This document shows, piece after piece, positions 1 to 11,724 of a stretch of DNA of 64,000 nt. The DNA is from Octopus sinensis (Eukaryota): positions 204,352,001 through 204,416,000 of the forward strand of contig NC_042997.1 in NCBI RefSeq assembly GCF_006345805.1. The letters run 5' to 3'. A program made the translations under genes and the position numbers. Position 1 is the stretch's first letter. Each line of letters opens with the position of its first letter. Under the pieces are notes generated by a model, which was given only the letters and a program-made list of their open reading frames with translations, was not told where the DNA came from and did no database searches.

Positions 1-861
1 ACATGTATACACACACACACACACACACATGTACCAAAAGTTTCCTGTAATCTCAAACTACTGAAGATATCTGGCCAAGGCAGCCCACAGTGGTTTAGAC
101 AGTTTCAAAAGAGAGGAATGGAGTAGAAAGGATGTAGGGGTTCGTTGAGTTAAGGTGCCCAGGATTTTCCAAAAGTATAAGGGTGGAGGTGCGAGAGAAA
201 GGAGAAATAAATTAGGATGAGAGGAGCAAATGGAGGCAGGGGTTGTTGAGGGAAGCCAGGGTGGGAAAGGGGGAAATGTGAGGGTGCCATTGGGGTGGAG
301 AAACTGTAGGGAGGGGACAGAGAGAGAAGAAAATGAGGGGATAGGTTGATGGGGCAATGAGTGAGTGCAGAGAGGGCAAAGAGGGGAAATTATGGTGGGG
401 GACAGAGTTGAATGGGAATGTAGAGAAAGCATCTCAGATGGGGAGGCCATGGAGGGAAGATGTGAGAAAAAAAGGTGAAGAGTAGCAGTTAGTGAATGTG
501 GAGAGAGTGATAAGGGGAAGAAAGATTGGAGGGTACCCTAAAGGTGTAGGGTGGGCAGAAAGATAAAACGGAAGGGAAGGTGTTAGGTGGCAGCAGAGGT
601 AACAGTGGAGAATGTGATGGCTGGGAGTAAAGTAAGGTGAGATAGGGGTGGGTGGGTGGGTGAGAAAGAGAAAGGAGACATGTAGGGGGTGGGGGTAGAT
701 GTGAGGCCATAAAGTCAAAGTCAAGGGGTGAGGATGTATGGGGATGGGCGGTAAGGTGGGTTTAACAGGAGATAAATATATATACACACACACATATGCA
801 TGTGTGTGTGTGTGCATGCACAGTTCTGTATAGATGTATGTATTTGATTATTTTGCTTAGG

Positions 862-1078
862 CAAGGCAGTGAGCTGACAGAATCGTAAGGATGCTGGGTA
901 AAATGCTTGGCAGCATTTTGCTCATCTTCATGTTCTGAGTTCAAATTCCGCCGAGGTTGACTTTGCCGTTTATCCTTTTGGAGTTCGATAAACTAAGCAC
1001 CAGTCGAGCACTGGGATCGATGTAATTGACTTACCCCTCCCCCGAAATTACTGGCCTTGTGCCAAAATGTGAAATCAA
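862..1078 (+). mobile_element. tRNA-derived SINE, family B
   Basis: Head aaggcagtgagctgacagaatcg, B-box-like gagttcaaattcc; flanked by imperfect TSD tat(t/c)ttgcttag; many related copies in the window. Confidence 0.8.
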
Positions 1079-1089
1079 TATCTTGCTTA

Positions 1090-2565
1090 GACAGTGCAAA
1101 ACAAATAACCCAGTGTAGAACTCAATATGTGTATGTTACAGTGCACTTATAAACTATGTTTTTAGTGAGACAACGGTTATCCAAAGGACAGGAGGTTGGT
1201 TGTCTGAAGCTGCATAGGTTTGTAGGGGTGTTCTGGATGAGCTTGGGAAGGGATTGTTATTTAGTGACAAATCAGTGTTTGGTTAATTATTATAGTTGGA
1301 GTTAAGGCTATCAATTGTTAAGGGGTTGAGGGTGGCGTTGTTGGGTTGTATGGTATGATAATTATTGTGTCCGGTGGTATCCTCCATGGTAATCTCTATT
1401 ATGGCAGGAGGTGTATTTGGGTGTTGTGGTAAATTTAAGGGTCAGGTGTTACCAGCGGTACTATAGTTGTAGTTATGAGGATTTGTTTTGTTATGAGGGT
1501 CAGTTGGTGTATTGAGTTTATATGTATGGAACTGGGTGCTATGTTGAATAATTTACTAGGGTAGGGGTTAGCTGTTTGTGGGTTTCAAAGTTTCTTGCTG
1601 TTAAGATATCGGATAACTCTGGCAATGTTGGTGGAGGTGGTGGAGTAGGAGAATTTTATGGATTGGGGGGTTAAATATTTTGCTAAGGGGGTTAGATTTA
1701 GGGAAGAGTTTTGCAAGTAGGTGAAAAAGAATTTTGGGTACTGAAGTCTGGACGTTAAGGGCAAAGGTGATGTGGAACCACATGTCTCAAGTTCTAGTTC
1801 ATTTAATCTGATTGGTGAAAGCTACTTGGGCAGAGATAGGGTTTTGGAGGTTTATGTTGGTGTCTGTTTTGTGGGTTGTGGTGTATGTAGGATTAGTGGT
1901 TACTAGTAGGGGTTTGTTTGATAGGTCAATTGCTACTCCAATGTTTGGGTGGGCATTGGAGGGGTGGGGTAGGGGAAGCTTAGGTCTATCATATGTGGGT
2001 TGGGAACTGTTTTTTGCTCTGGGTTTAGTTGAGAGAAGGAGGTCCCACATGGGGATGTATTCAGTTGAATGTTTATATCTGGTATGTTGTAGGGCACAAT
2101 TGTGGCATTCAGCATATTGTTCAAATAAATCTTGATTAGTAGATGAGGAGGAGATCCAGTAGGACATGCTTTCTATAATAGATTTTAGGATGGAATGGGG
2201 ATGGTTGGAGAAGTTCACATAGTGGAGGTTTTCTCCAGGTTTGTGGTATGGATAGGTTTGGTTTTGTAACCCCAGGGTAACATCTAAGAAATTAACAGTT
2301 TTGATGTTGTTACAGAAAGAGATGCTGAGGCCAACGTTTTTAAAGAAGCTTCTAAATCTTTTTTAGTTTGTTCAACCACTAGAATTTCAGACAGTGAACA
2401 GAGTACCATCTCTGTGTAGACCACCAGAAATTTTGTGAAATTGCTCATGGATACCATTAAGAAGGTAGAGTCCAACGAGGTCAGTAACTTAGGCAGAGTT
2501 ATTGGCTCCCATAGGGATGTCAAAAAAATTGGGCATATTTTTGTGGATCCACAATTTCCCATCGA
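1090..2565 (-). mobile_element. Degraded Penelope-like retroelement (RT C-terminal part, linker, start of GIY-YIG endonuclease)
   Basis: Minus-strand translation gives PLE RT motifs FDIPMGANNSA*VTDLVGLYLL, GGLHRDG (YRDD equivalent), TVNFLDVTL and YHKP..HYVNFSNHPHSILK. The linker WFHITFALNVQTSVPKILFHLLAKLFPKSNPLSKIFN follows, then CPLDNRCLTKNIVYKCTV at ~1135-1192. Stops and frameshifts are present. Confidence 0.85.
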
Positions 2566-3359
2566 AATATATATATATATATTCATATATATATTATTTG
2601 CGTATGTATACACATAAACACACATACAGATAAATGTACACATATACATATTCACAAACAGGCACATACATATACACATATATACACACAGGTACACACA
2701 CAAACACATACGTACATGCGCATACATAAATATATATATGTATATATCTACATAATACCCCTTCCTCCCCCCAAAATCATATGTGCATACATATCATACA
2801 TATATACATATATATACATATAAAGTGATAAACAAATTAATAAAAGGAGGGGAATCATCGCCATCATCGTCGTTTAACGTCTGCTTTCCATGCTGGCATG
2901 GGTTGGACCAGTTTGACAGAGGACTGGCAGGCCAGAAGCCTGTACCAGGCTCCACTCTGATCTGGCAAGGCTTCTACCATGTGTACATATATCTTGGTGT
3001 GTGTGTGTCTGTGTGATTGTGAATTGGGTTCGAGTGTGTGTGTCTTTTGGTATCTGTGGGTGCCTCAGAATGCAGGCATATGTACATATAAACATATATT
3101 TCCATTAACACATCTAATTACATTTTGGACATATACTTTTCTTACATTTGTATGGACTTCTCTCATTGTTGATACTATTCCCTATATGGGCACCAATGTA
3201 ATTCTTTCCAAATTAATTGCAATTCATATTTGAGGCTCTGGTGTAGCTATAAGGTGTTATTCAGGCACCCAACTATGAGTGCATTGCATCCAGTAGCAGA
3301 AACAGCTGTTAGCTAATGAAGTTCATAAGATAATCATTTATTGTTTTGTCACTTTTCTC

Positions 3360-4125
3360 ATGTATGTACGTTTATATGTATGTGTGCATGTGTGTATGTA
3401 TAGATGTATGTGTATATGTGCGTGTGTATATATATGTGTGTATATGTGCGTGTGTATATATATGTGTGTATGTGTGCGTGTGTGTATATATATATGTGTG
3501 TGTGTGTATGTGTGAGTGTGTGGGTAGATATTTGTGTGTGTGTGTGTATATATATATATATACACACACGAGTATATGCATCGATTCGCACACACACACA
3601 CACGTATATAAACCATGACTTCCCCAGACATTTCATGTTGTTGCTGTTGTTTATTCCCAAGTTGGCTCTGATCAAGTAAATCAACGATTAATGAAGCTTT
3701 TGCTGTTATTTCCAGCATATTGAATGACCTCTCTCCATACTCCCACACAACGTCCCTCATTATACAAGTGTATACATACATATATATATATATATATACA
3801 CACATGTACATACACACATACACATATACACACACACATATACATACACACACACAGATATATACATACACACACACAGATATATACATACACATATAGA
3901 TATATACATACACACATATACACACACATATATATATACACATACACACACACACATATATACACACACACACACACATATATACACACACACATATATA
4001 CACACACACACATATACACACATATACACATACACACACACATATACATATACACATACACACACACATATATATACACATACACACACACATATATACA
4101 CATACACACACACACATACATACAT
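3360..4125. repeat. Compound (TG/TA)n and (CA/TA)n microsatellites
   Basis: Direct inspection; source of the VC/YI/HT-rich spurious ORFs. Confidence 0.95.
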
Positions 4126-4894
4126 TCATATTTCTGTATTACACATATTCTATATTTAGTAGGTTGCAATCCTATATGTTAATATAGTATTAAGTGATAT
4201 GATGATAGCCAACTCTGAAAACAGATGGAATCACCAAAGTTAGGTGAAACATAGTATTGTTGTTAATTTGCACACCTACAGGAAGTGTCTTGAAGCGGTG
4301 TCATGTTACCACTGTTCCAATTTTATGGTGAGGACTGCTGTACTCAATTCTCTGTCGATCTTCAACTAAACTATAAAATTTTTGTTACATGAGAAAGTTT
4401 TCAATGAAGTTTTGTTAGACATAGCTGTGTGGTTAAGAAGTTTGCTTGCCAACCTCTTGGTTTTGAGTTCAGTCCCATTGTATGGCACTGTAGCAAGCAT
4501 CTTTTACTATAGCTGCCCATAAGTCACACGCAGACGAATGCTCAACACCGCCTCACATGGTTTAAAGAGTGCAAAAACTGGAATATTGGACAGTGGAAAA
4601 CCGTTGTGTAGGGTGATGAATGTCAAAATTTTTGAAAATTAAACCATAAATAGATTAAGGATTAAAATTTAAAACTAAAAATGATAAAATTAGAATTAAA
4701 ACAAATTAAAAAATTAAAATAAAAGAATTTTAGAAAATATAAAAAAGGTAATAATAAAACAATAATAAATAAAATAAAGTTAAATAAAAAAAATTTTTAA
4801 GTTTAAAAATATTTTAAATATATATATATATATACATGCTCACACATACTCATACATACACATGTATATATGTACACACACACACACACACGCA

Positions 4895-4949
<55 letters not shown>

Positions 4950-5460
4950 TAGATAAGCTCTTTGGCATCATACCCATCTCAATCATTGTCTCTGACTATA
5001 GTGTTAAAGTTATCTAAGGAACTTGCTGAAGGATTTATTATCAAAATACAATGTATCACTAATTCCTGTCTATGGTCAGTTAGGTTATTCTCTGATGTAA
5101 GTATTTAGAGGGACTCATCTAGGCAGGGATCCTATCTCGTTCTTTCTATTTCATATGGTTTTGCTCGACTCGGGATCAACCATTTTAACTCGTATTTAGT
5201 TTTGTTTTCCTTAAGTTGCCATATTTGCTTGTGAAGTGATGTTGCATTTATGAAGTATTTTGCTTGGATTGATTATCCCTCACTAAAAATTCCGTTTTAT
5301 ATAAATATATATATATGAAATTGAAAAATAGTCAACAAGAAGGAGTACGGTTAGATAGCTATTTAAAAAAAACTACACGTTTCGATACAACATAGGTCCA
5401 CATATACACATGTGTTAGCATCGAAGTCAAAGCTTTACTAATGGGGTCTGCAATTTATTT

Positions 5461-5565
5461 ATTACCTGAGGAGATACAACTTGATCCCATTATACAGGTA
5501 AACCGTTGCTTACTTGAAATTCTGTGTGTATTTGGATCTATGTTGTAGCGAAACATGTGTAGCAT
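5461..5565 (+). ncRNA. Type-I hammerhead ribozyme motif (diverged) within fold-back element ~5317-5620
   Basis: CTGAGGA (5466-72), stem II GATACAAC...GTTGTAGC, GAAAC (5550-54), ATGT, GTA; stem I poorly paired. Confidence 0.55.
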
Positions 5566-5769
5566 TCATTAAATAGCCTTCTAACTGTACCCCTTCTTGT
5601 CGACTATTTTTTCAATTTTATTTTCACACACGATGAATGCCTATGCCTAGACTTGAAAGTATACTGTCATACTACCGGCTCTTTGGTAATTCTAAGGGTG
5701 AAAGAGCTCTATTTTGTACTCTACTATGTTCTCAATGGATGCCAGCTTGTGAAGCTCCAACCGATCTTG

Positions 5770-5990
5770 ACCGATGCCGGACTCCCCCCCTGGCACCTGT
5801 GCAGGTGGCACGTAAAAAGCACCCACTACACTCGCGGAGTGGTTGGCGTTAGGAAGGGCATCCAGCCGTAGAAACTCTGCCAGATCAGACTGGAGCCTGG
5901 AGCAGCCCCTGGCTTCCCAGACCCCGGTCGAACCGTCCAACCCGTGCTAGCGCAGAAAACGGACGTTAAACGATGATGATGATGATGATA
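5770..5990 (+). mobile_element. Family C non-autonomous retroposon with (GAT)n tail
   Basis: gtggcacgtaaaaagcacccactacactc...ggacgttaaacgatgatgat; more than 15 copies in the window on both strands. Confidence 0.85.
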
Positions 5991-6092
5991 TATATATATA
6001 TTGGGAGAGTTTACGAAAAAAACAAAAGACGAAGACAGGTGGTGTACAAAACAAACAGATGTATTTGTATAATGCTCAGGAATAGAAAAAGT

Positions 6093-6128
6093 CTTTTACG
6101 TTTCAAGCCTACGCTCTTCTACAGAAAG
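6093..6128 (-). ncRNA. Minimal hammerhead-like motif with degenerate core, PLE-tail type
   Basis: Minus strand reads CTTT-CTGTAGAA-GAGC gtag GCTT-GAAAC-GTA-AAAG. Stems I and II pair, but the core deviates from CUGANGA. Confidence 0.4.
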
Positions 6129-6297
6129 GGACACAGAAAAAACAAGGAGAGAAACAATATATATAAGGTGTATTTAACTGTTATCCAAAAGGTTCTGCCC
6201 CAAAGTGATCAAAATAAGTGACTTCTATTATGCAGTATTGGTGAAACAAACCCACTTATGAATAGCCCTCATTCATTGGACATTAAACTTTGCTTAC

Positions 6298-6740
6298 AAA
6301 GACCTGTTGAGGCAAGTGAAATCAAAATCGCTGACATGGCCGATGACAGTACTGCCTGATTGGCACTCGTGCCAGTGGGATGTTAAAAGCACATCCGAGC
6401 ATGATCATTGCCAGGGCCGCTGATTGGCTCCCATGCCAGTGGCATGTAAAAGGCACCATTTGAGCGTGATCGTTGCCAGTGTTGCCTAACTGGCACATGA
6501 AAAACAACATTCAAGCGTGGTCATTGACAGTGCCGCCGGACTGGCCCTCGTGCCAGTGGCAGATAAAAGCACCCACTACACTCTTGGAGTGGTTGGTGTT
6601 AGGAAGGGCATCCAGCTGTAGAAACTTTGCCAGATCAGATTGGAGCCTGGTGCAGCCTTCTGGCTCACCAGTCCTCACTCAAACCGTCCAACCCATGCCA
6701 GCATGGAAAGCAGACGTTGAACAACGATGATGATGATGAT
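6298..6740 (+). mobile_element. Family C retroposon with several internal sub-repeats
   Basis: Repeated gtgccagtggca(c/t)gtaaaa(a)gcacc units, then the common 3' body and (GAT)n tail. Confidence 0.8.
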
Positions 6741-7802
6741 ACGATGAACAGTTGACAGGATTTTAGGTTGTTTTAAAGTCATCTTGGCTTTAGGCTCCAT
6801 CCATCATCCAGTTCACCACCACCGCCACCATCTCGTCCTTGGCTACTTTTAGCAGACTCTACTCTGTTACAAGGATTTAGATCAGGTGTCACTGGTTTGA
6901 TGATACCTTCTGCCCCTCCTTCCTTCTCACCAGTCTTGCACATCCTATGAAGTGTCATAGGCACTGACTGCCTTCCCTGAGTTCATCATCATCATTTAAC
7001 ATCTATTTTTCCATGCTGGTATGGATTGGATGGTTTAACAGCAGCTGGCAAGGCCAGGAGCTGCTCCAGGTTCCATTGTCTGTTTTGGCACGGTTTCTAC
7101 ATAAAAAAAACAAACAAAACAAACCACTTTCACACCTGATAAACGTTGTATAGTAATCCCTATTTTGCTGAGCTTCTCAGCTAATTAACAGGAACTAATA
7201 AATACCTTATTGGTTCTATAATCATTATAGTAATCACTGCTCTCTACTAATTAACAAGAATTAGCAAATGACAAATTGGTTTTATATTTAATATAGTAAT
7301 CACTATTTTGCTGAGCTCCTGTAATATTGGTATTATTATTATTATTATTATTATTATCATTATTTGCTGAACCTGATAGTTATATCCTCAGCTCACACCA
7401 TATTATATTATTTCTAAAGTATAAAGCAGATGTGTTATAAGATACAGCAGCTGTGAGTCTATATTGAGTAACAGGCTAATGTTGGGGATAAAATGCTGCA
7501 ACACACAATGGAATGCTGGTTCCTGTTAGTCTCAGCTGTGAAGGAGTTAAATGTGAAACGTCTTTTATTTCTGTTTTACATTTTTGAAGGCATCTTGTTG
7601 TTTGTAGGTGTTCAGCAGTTAATGTTGCTTAGAGGTTCTTGGGGAGTGTGACTTTAAATAAAACCATGTAAAACAAAACCAGTCTTACCCTAGGCTCAAT
7701 CATATAAGTAAGATTTATACAATAATCTATTCTAACTTATAAAAACATCAACAAACTTTTAAATAAAAACTTTAAAATATTTTCAATTATCAAATATTGA
7801 AA

Positions 7803-8279
7803 TAAATCCTTTCGTTATTATATTTCTATTGAAATATACTTCCATTATTTCAATTAATTTTGAAAATAACGAAGGATTTACTAAAGTAATTTTCTTGTAA
7901 TTAAGCTGACATTTTGAACATAAACTGACATCAAATTTTGATGAAAGGTGTTAATTTCAGTCACAAAATCGAAATCGATCAAAATCAATAGAAATTGTAG
8001 TTGTGATACCAGTGCTGGTGGCACGTAAGAGAACCATCCAAATGTGGCCGTTGCCAGCGCTGCCCCGACTGGCCTTCATACCAGTGGCACGTAAAAAGCA
8101 CCAACTGATCGTGGCCGTTGCCAGCCTCCCCTGGCACCTGTGCCAGTGGCACGTAAAAAGCACCCACTACACTCACGGAGTGGTTGGCATTAGGAAGGGC
8201 ATCCAGCTGTAGAAACACTGCCAGATCAGACAAGCGGACGTTAAACGACGACGGCGGCGGCGGCGGCGGCGGCGACGAC

Positions 8280-8373
<94 letters not shown>

Positions 8374-8437
8374 TTGTAGATTTGTATCTTACAACCAAAA
8401 GCAGGTCTTAGGCTTTTTATGATCAAAAAAGGTTAAG
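7803..8437. mobile_element. TTAA-type MITE interrupted by a family C retroposon (7965-8372)
   Basis: Left end aatcctttcgtta, right end aaaaggttaa, body similar to 49603-49807; the insert ends in (GGC)n(GAC)n. Confidence 0.6.
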
Positions 8438-8689
8438 AAAGATTAATAAAAACCAGTAAAATAATTATTTAATAAACAGACACGTTCAAGGTTTCTAATG
8501 TCTGTTTTTTTTTGTTTGTTTGTTTCTGTAATTTCTTGTGATAGATGTATCCACTCTAATTATAGTGTTTAATTATTATAGTGTTAATTATTAATAAATA
8601 AACTGTTTATTTCTCAGCTTTTGTCTTTTGATGAGTTTACTTTCATGAAAATGATCAAAGTTTTAATTAAAAGCTGGAAAACCCCAGCC

Positions 8690-9420
8690 AGAATCGTTTG
8701 TTGTTAGAATTCATGGTGATTCCACATTTTCACTGTTATCATGTTCATCTTCAGCGCCATGTTGCTTGATATCTTAAGAAGTCTCCATTAGCCATTTCTT
8801 CACCAGGAGATTCAATAAATTCCACCAAATTTTCTCAATTCATTTCCTTGATTTCTGCATGGTACATTCATTACAACAAACATCAGATAAACATTTTCTA
8901 TTATTGACTTCTTGAAATCCAGGAAGTTGTGGGTCAGTCTGGGTGGCTTTAATTCAGACAATACCCACTGTAGTTATTCCCACCCATCACCAGACTGCAG
9001 TTAAATTTTCTCTCACATTAAAATTCCTTTACAAAAATAGTTTTGGTTTTACCATTTCAGAACAACAACATTTGCTTAGATTCACCATAAAACTCAGGCT
9101 TTGAATGTAGTAACAACCCACCTCCTGGTTCCTAAGTCCAATCCAACCGGTTGTGTTTCGGTGGCCCAAAAGCTAACACTAACTGTCAGGTCGTCCATGC
9201 TAGGTGAGTCAACTGAAGCATTGTCCACAAGAAGCTTTATTTCTGTTGGCCTTTTGCACATGACATTAAACGGAGATTCTAATAAAATGGGACAAATGGA
9301 TAAATAACTGTGGAGATGGAATAAATGTGCAAATTGAAACAATGCAGCTGAACAAGAAACTGTTAGACACAGACTGCCAGATGCAAAGAGTAGCAACTTC
9401 TGCCAATGTTTATTTCTTGA
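8690..9420 (-). mobile_element. Degraded Tigger/pogo (TIGD-like) transposase, DDE region
   Basis: AALFQ...IKLLVDNA...TQPVGLDLG..VVTTFKA resembles the pogo/CENP-B DDE_1 motifs LLLVDNA and QPMDQGVI..FKA. Confidence 0.65.
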
Positions 9421-9471
9421 TTTATGCCTGTTGCAATGACAGCTAAATGCGCTCTGTGCACAACCGCTGTG

Positions 9472-9925
9472 AAGAGAGAGAGAGGGGGAGGGAAAGAGAG
9501 AAAAAGAGAAAGAGAGAAAAAGAGAAAGAAAGAAAGAGAGAAAAAGAGAAAGAGAGGGAGAGGGGGAGAGAAAGAGAGAGAGAAAGAAAGAAAGAGAAAA
9601 AGAGAAAGAGAGAGAGGGGAGAGAAAGAGAGAGAGAAAGAAGAGAAAGAAAGAGAGAGAGAGAAAGAAAGAAAGAGAGAGAGAAAGAAAGAAAGAGAAAA
9701 AGAGAAAGAGAGAGAGGGGAGAGAAAGAGAGAGAGAAAGAAGAGAAAGAAAGAGAGAGAGAGAAAGAAAGAAAGAGAGAGAGAAAGAAAAAGAGAGAGAA
9801 AGAGAAAGAAAGAGAGAGAAAGAGAGAGAGAAAGAAAGAGAGAGAAAGAGAGAGAGAAAGAAAGAGAGAGAGAGAGAGAGAAAGAGAAAGAAAGAGAGAA
9901 AAAAAGAAAAAGAGAGAGAGAGAGA
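9472..9925. repeat. (GA/GAAA)n polypurine tract
   Basis: About 450 bp of purine-only sequence on the + strand. Confidence 0.95.
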
Positions 9926-11310
9926 ATATTTACGAATGAAATTAGTAGTATTACAGAAATTCAATGATGGCCAACAACTTGTAGGTATTGAAAGAGATCT
10001 CAATCTGCAACCAATGAATGCATGAACAAGTCATAGTAATGCCAAAAAATGTACACTTTGTTCTCAAAGAATAACTTTTTTAGCTGCTGCAAAATAACCA
10101 ACAATTAGAAGAGAACCAAGTGGGAAATATACAAAGACTTTTAATTTGGAGGAAATAAACCAACGTATCACACCATGTTCACAACTTGACAAATAAAAGT
10201 CTACTGTTTGTTTGATAACCTAAAGAAAACACACAGTTCTAGTGGCAAGTCATGGTTGGTTTGAGTGCTTCAAAGCTCACTGAAGATTATAAATAACACA
10301 CAGATAACAAGTGAGTCTGAGTGAGTCTGGAAGTTCTGACTAAGAAGCTTTACTGAAAAATATTGACAAAAGAGAATACAAACTGCAATTAATTTTTAAT
10401 GTAAATGAGGCAGACATGTTTTGTAAATGGATGCCAAACAGAACTTGCATTTCAAAAGAAGTCCAAAACCAGAGTTGGGTTTGTGGTTGCTAGAAGTTGC
10501 CTGACTTTTCTATGTGATGGTCATGCTTTGGATTGTCCGAAACTCAAAGCATTGGTTGTTTATCATTCTAAAAGACCAGTAACCATAAAAGGATAGCTTA
10601 ATTCCCAGCTTTCTAATACCATCATCATCATTGTTTAACGTCCGTTTTCCATGCTAGCATGGGTTGGATGGTTTGACTGGGGTCTGGGAAGCCAGGAGGA
10701 TGCACCAGGCTCCAGTCTGATCTGGCAGTGTTTCTACAGCTGGATGCCCTTCCTAACTCCAACCACTCCGTGAGTGTAGTGGGTGCTTTTTACGTGCCAC
10801 CGGCACAGGTGCCAGGCGAGGCTGGTAACGGCCACAATCGGTTGGTGCTTTTTACGTGCCATTGGTACGGAAGCCAGTCAAGGCGGCGCTGGCATCGGCC
10901 ACGTTCGGATGGTGCTTTTTATGTGCCACCGGCCCAGGGATCACAACTACAATTTCCATTAATTTTTGATGTTGATGTACTTGACTCAATAGGTCTCCTC
11001 AAGCACAGGGTCAAAACGGTGTTTCTTTACTTGCCACCTGCACAGGAGTCAGTCCTGCGGAACTGGCATCGCCCGGGTGCCAGTCATAGGATTTGGTTCA
11101 ATTTCGATTTCACTTGCCCCAACAGGTCGTCGCAAGCAGAATTTAGTGTCCAATGAAGGAAGGTTGGCATGGGTGCCAGTCATCAGATGTGGTTTGATTT
11201 CAAATTCAATTTCGATTTCTGTTATGTGGTGATCATATAAAAAAAAAAGGCAATGCATCACCGAAACAATGTTGCAAGAATGGTTTAAATTTGTTTTTCT
11301 TCTCAGACCT
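9926..11310 (+). mobile_element. Degraded Tigger/pogo transposase, N-terminal half, interrupted by a family C copy
   Basis: LRMKLVVLQKFNDGQQLVGIERDLNL (HTH), ASHGWF, IFNVNEADMFCKWMPNRTCISK, GFVVARSCLTFLCDG..KLKALVVYHSKRP and, after the insert, CITETMLQEWF. Confidence 0.75.
10618..11220 (-). mobile_element. Family C retroposon (long copy)
   Basis: Starts catcatcatcattgtttaacgtccg (reverse tail); multiple sub-repeats. Confidence 0.85.
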
Positions 11311-11724
11311 GACAGATAATGTTCAAATAGCATTTGGACCATCAAACACTTTATGGAGAATCTTTAAGCAAACGATTTTGTTCTGAGATGGTGAAACCAA
11401 ATCTATTTTCTGTAAAGGAATTTTGGGTTTGTATGTTAAGTGTTTGTTAGGGATCCTGTGTATGGAGGTTGACAGGTAACTGAATGTTTGCTCTCTCAGT
11501 CTGTAGCGTTTTGTAGGCTGCAGACGTTTCTACATCTCTCCAGGTGTTTAAATGTGTTCAGACATTTACTTTAGTTCTAGGTTTTCAGTTTGACAAAGAA
11601 AATCAGCTTCTGTAGATGTAAATGCTCTGTAAAATATTAAGGAGCCATGAAACCCCCTCACGTGTACGTCCTGTGATGTTTAGGTTTATTCAGAGGTTCA
11701 GACTTTATCAGATATTATCTTTTA

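Noticed and set aside
3338-4182. Long ORFs rich in VC/YI/HT
   Set aside because: Dinucleotide microsatellite read-through.
3268-4260. Further hammerhead-like traces (3270-3315 GAAACAGCTGTT, 4198-4257 GAAACATAGTA; also ~22200-22245 and ~49395-49490)
   Set aside because: Core or stems too degenerate to support individually; could be chance.
6779-6980. Minus-strand ORF with GRDGGGGGELDDGW as a possible exon
   Set aside because: No convincing acceptor or partner exons, no recognisable homology, and it abuts a retroposon tail.
9424-9925. K/E/R-rich ORFs of 170-190 aa
   Set aside because: Translation of a (GA)n polypurine tract; only the part after 9926 is transposase-like.
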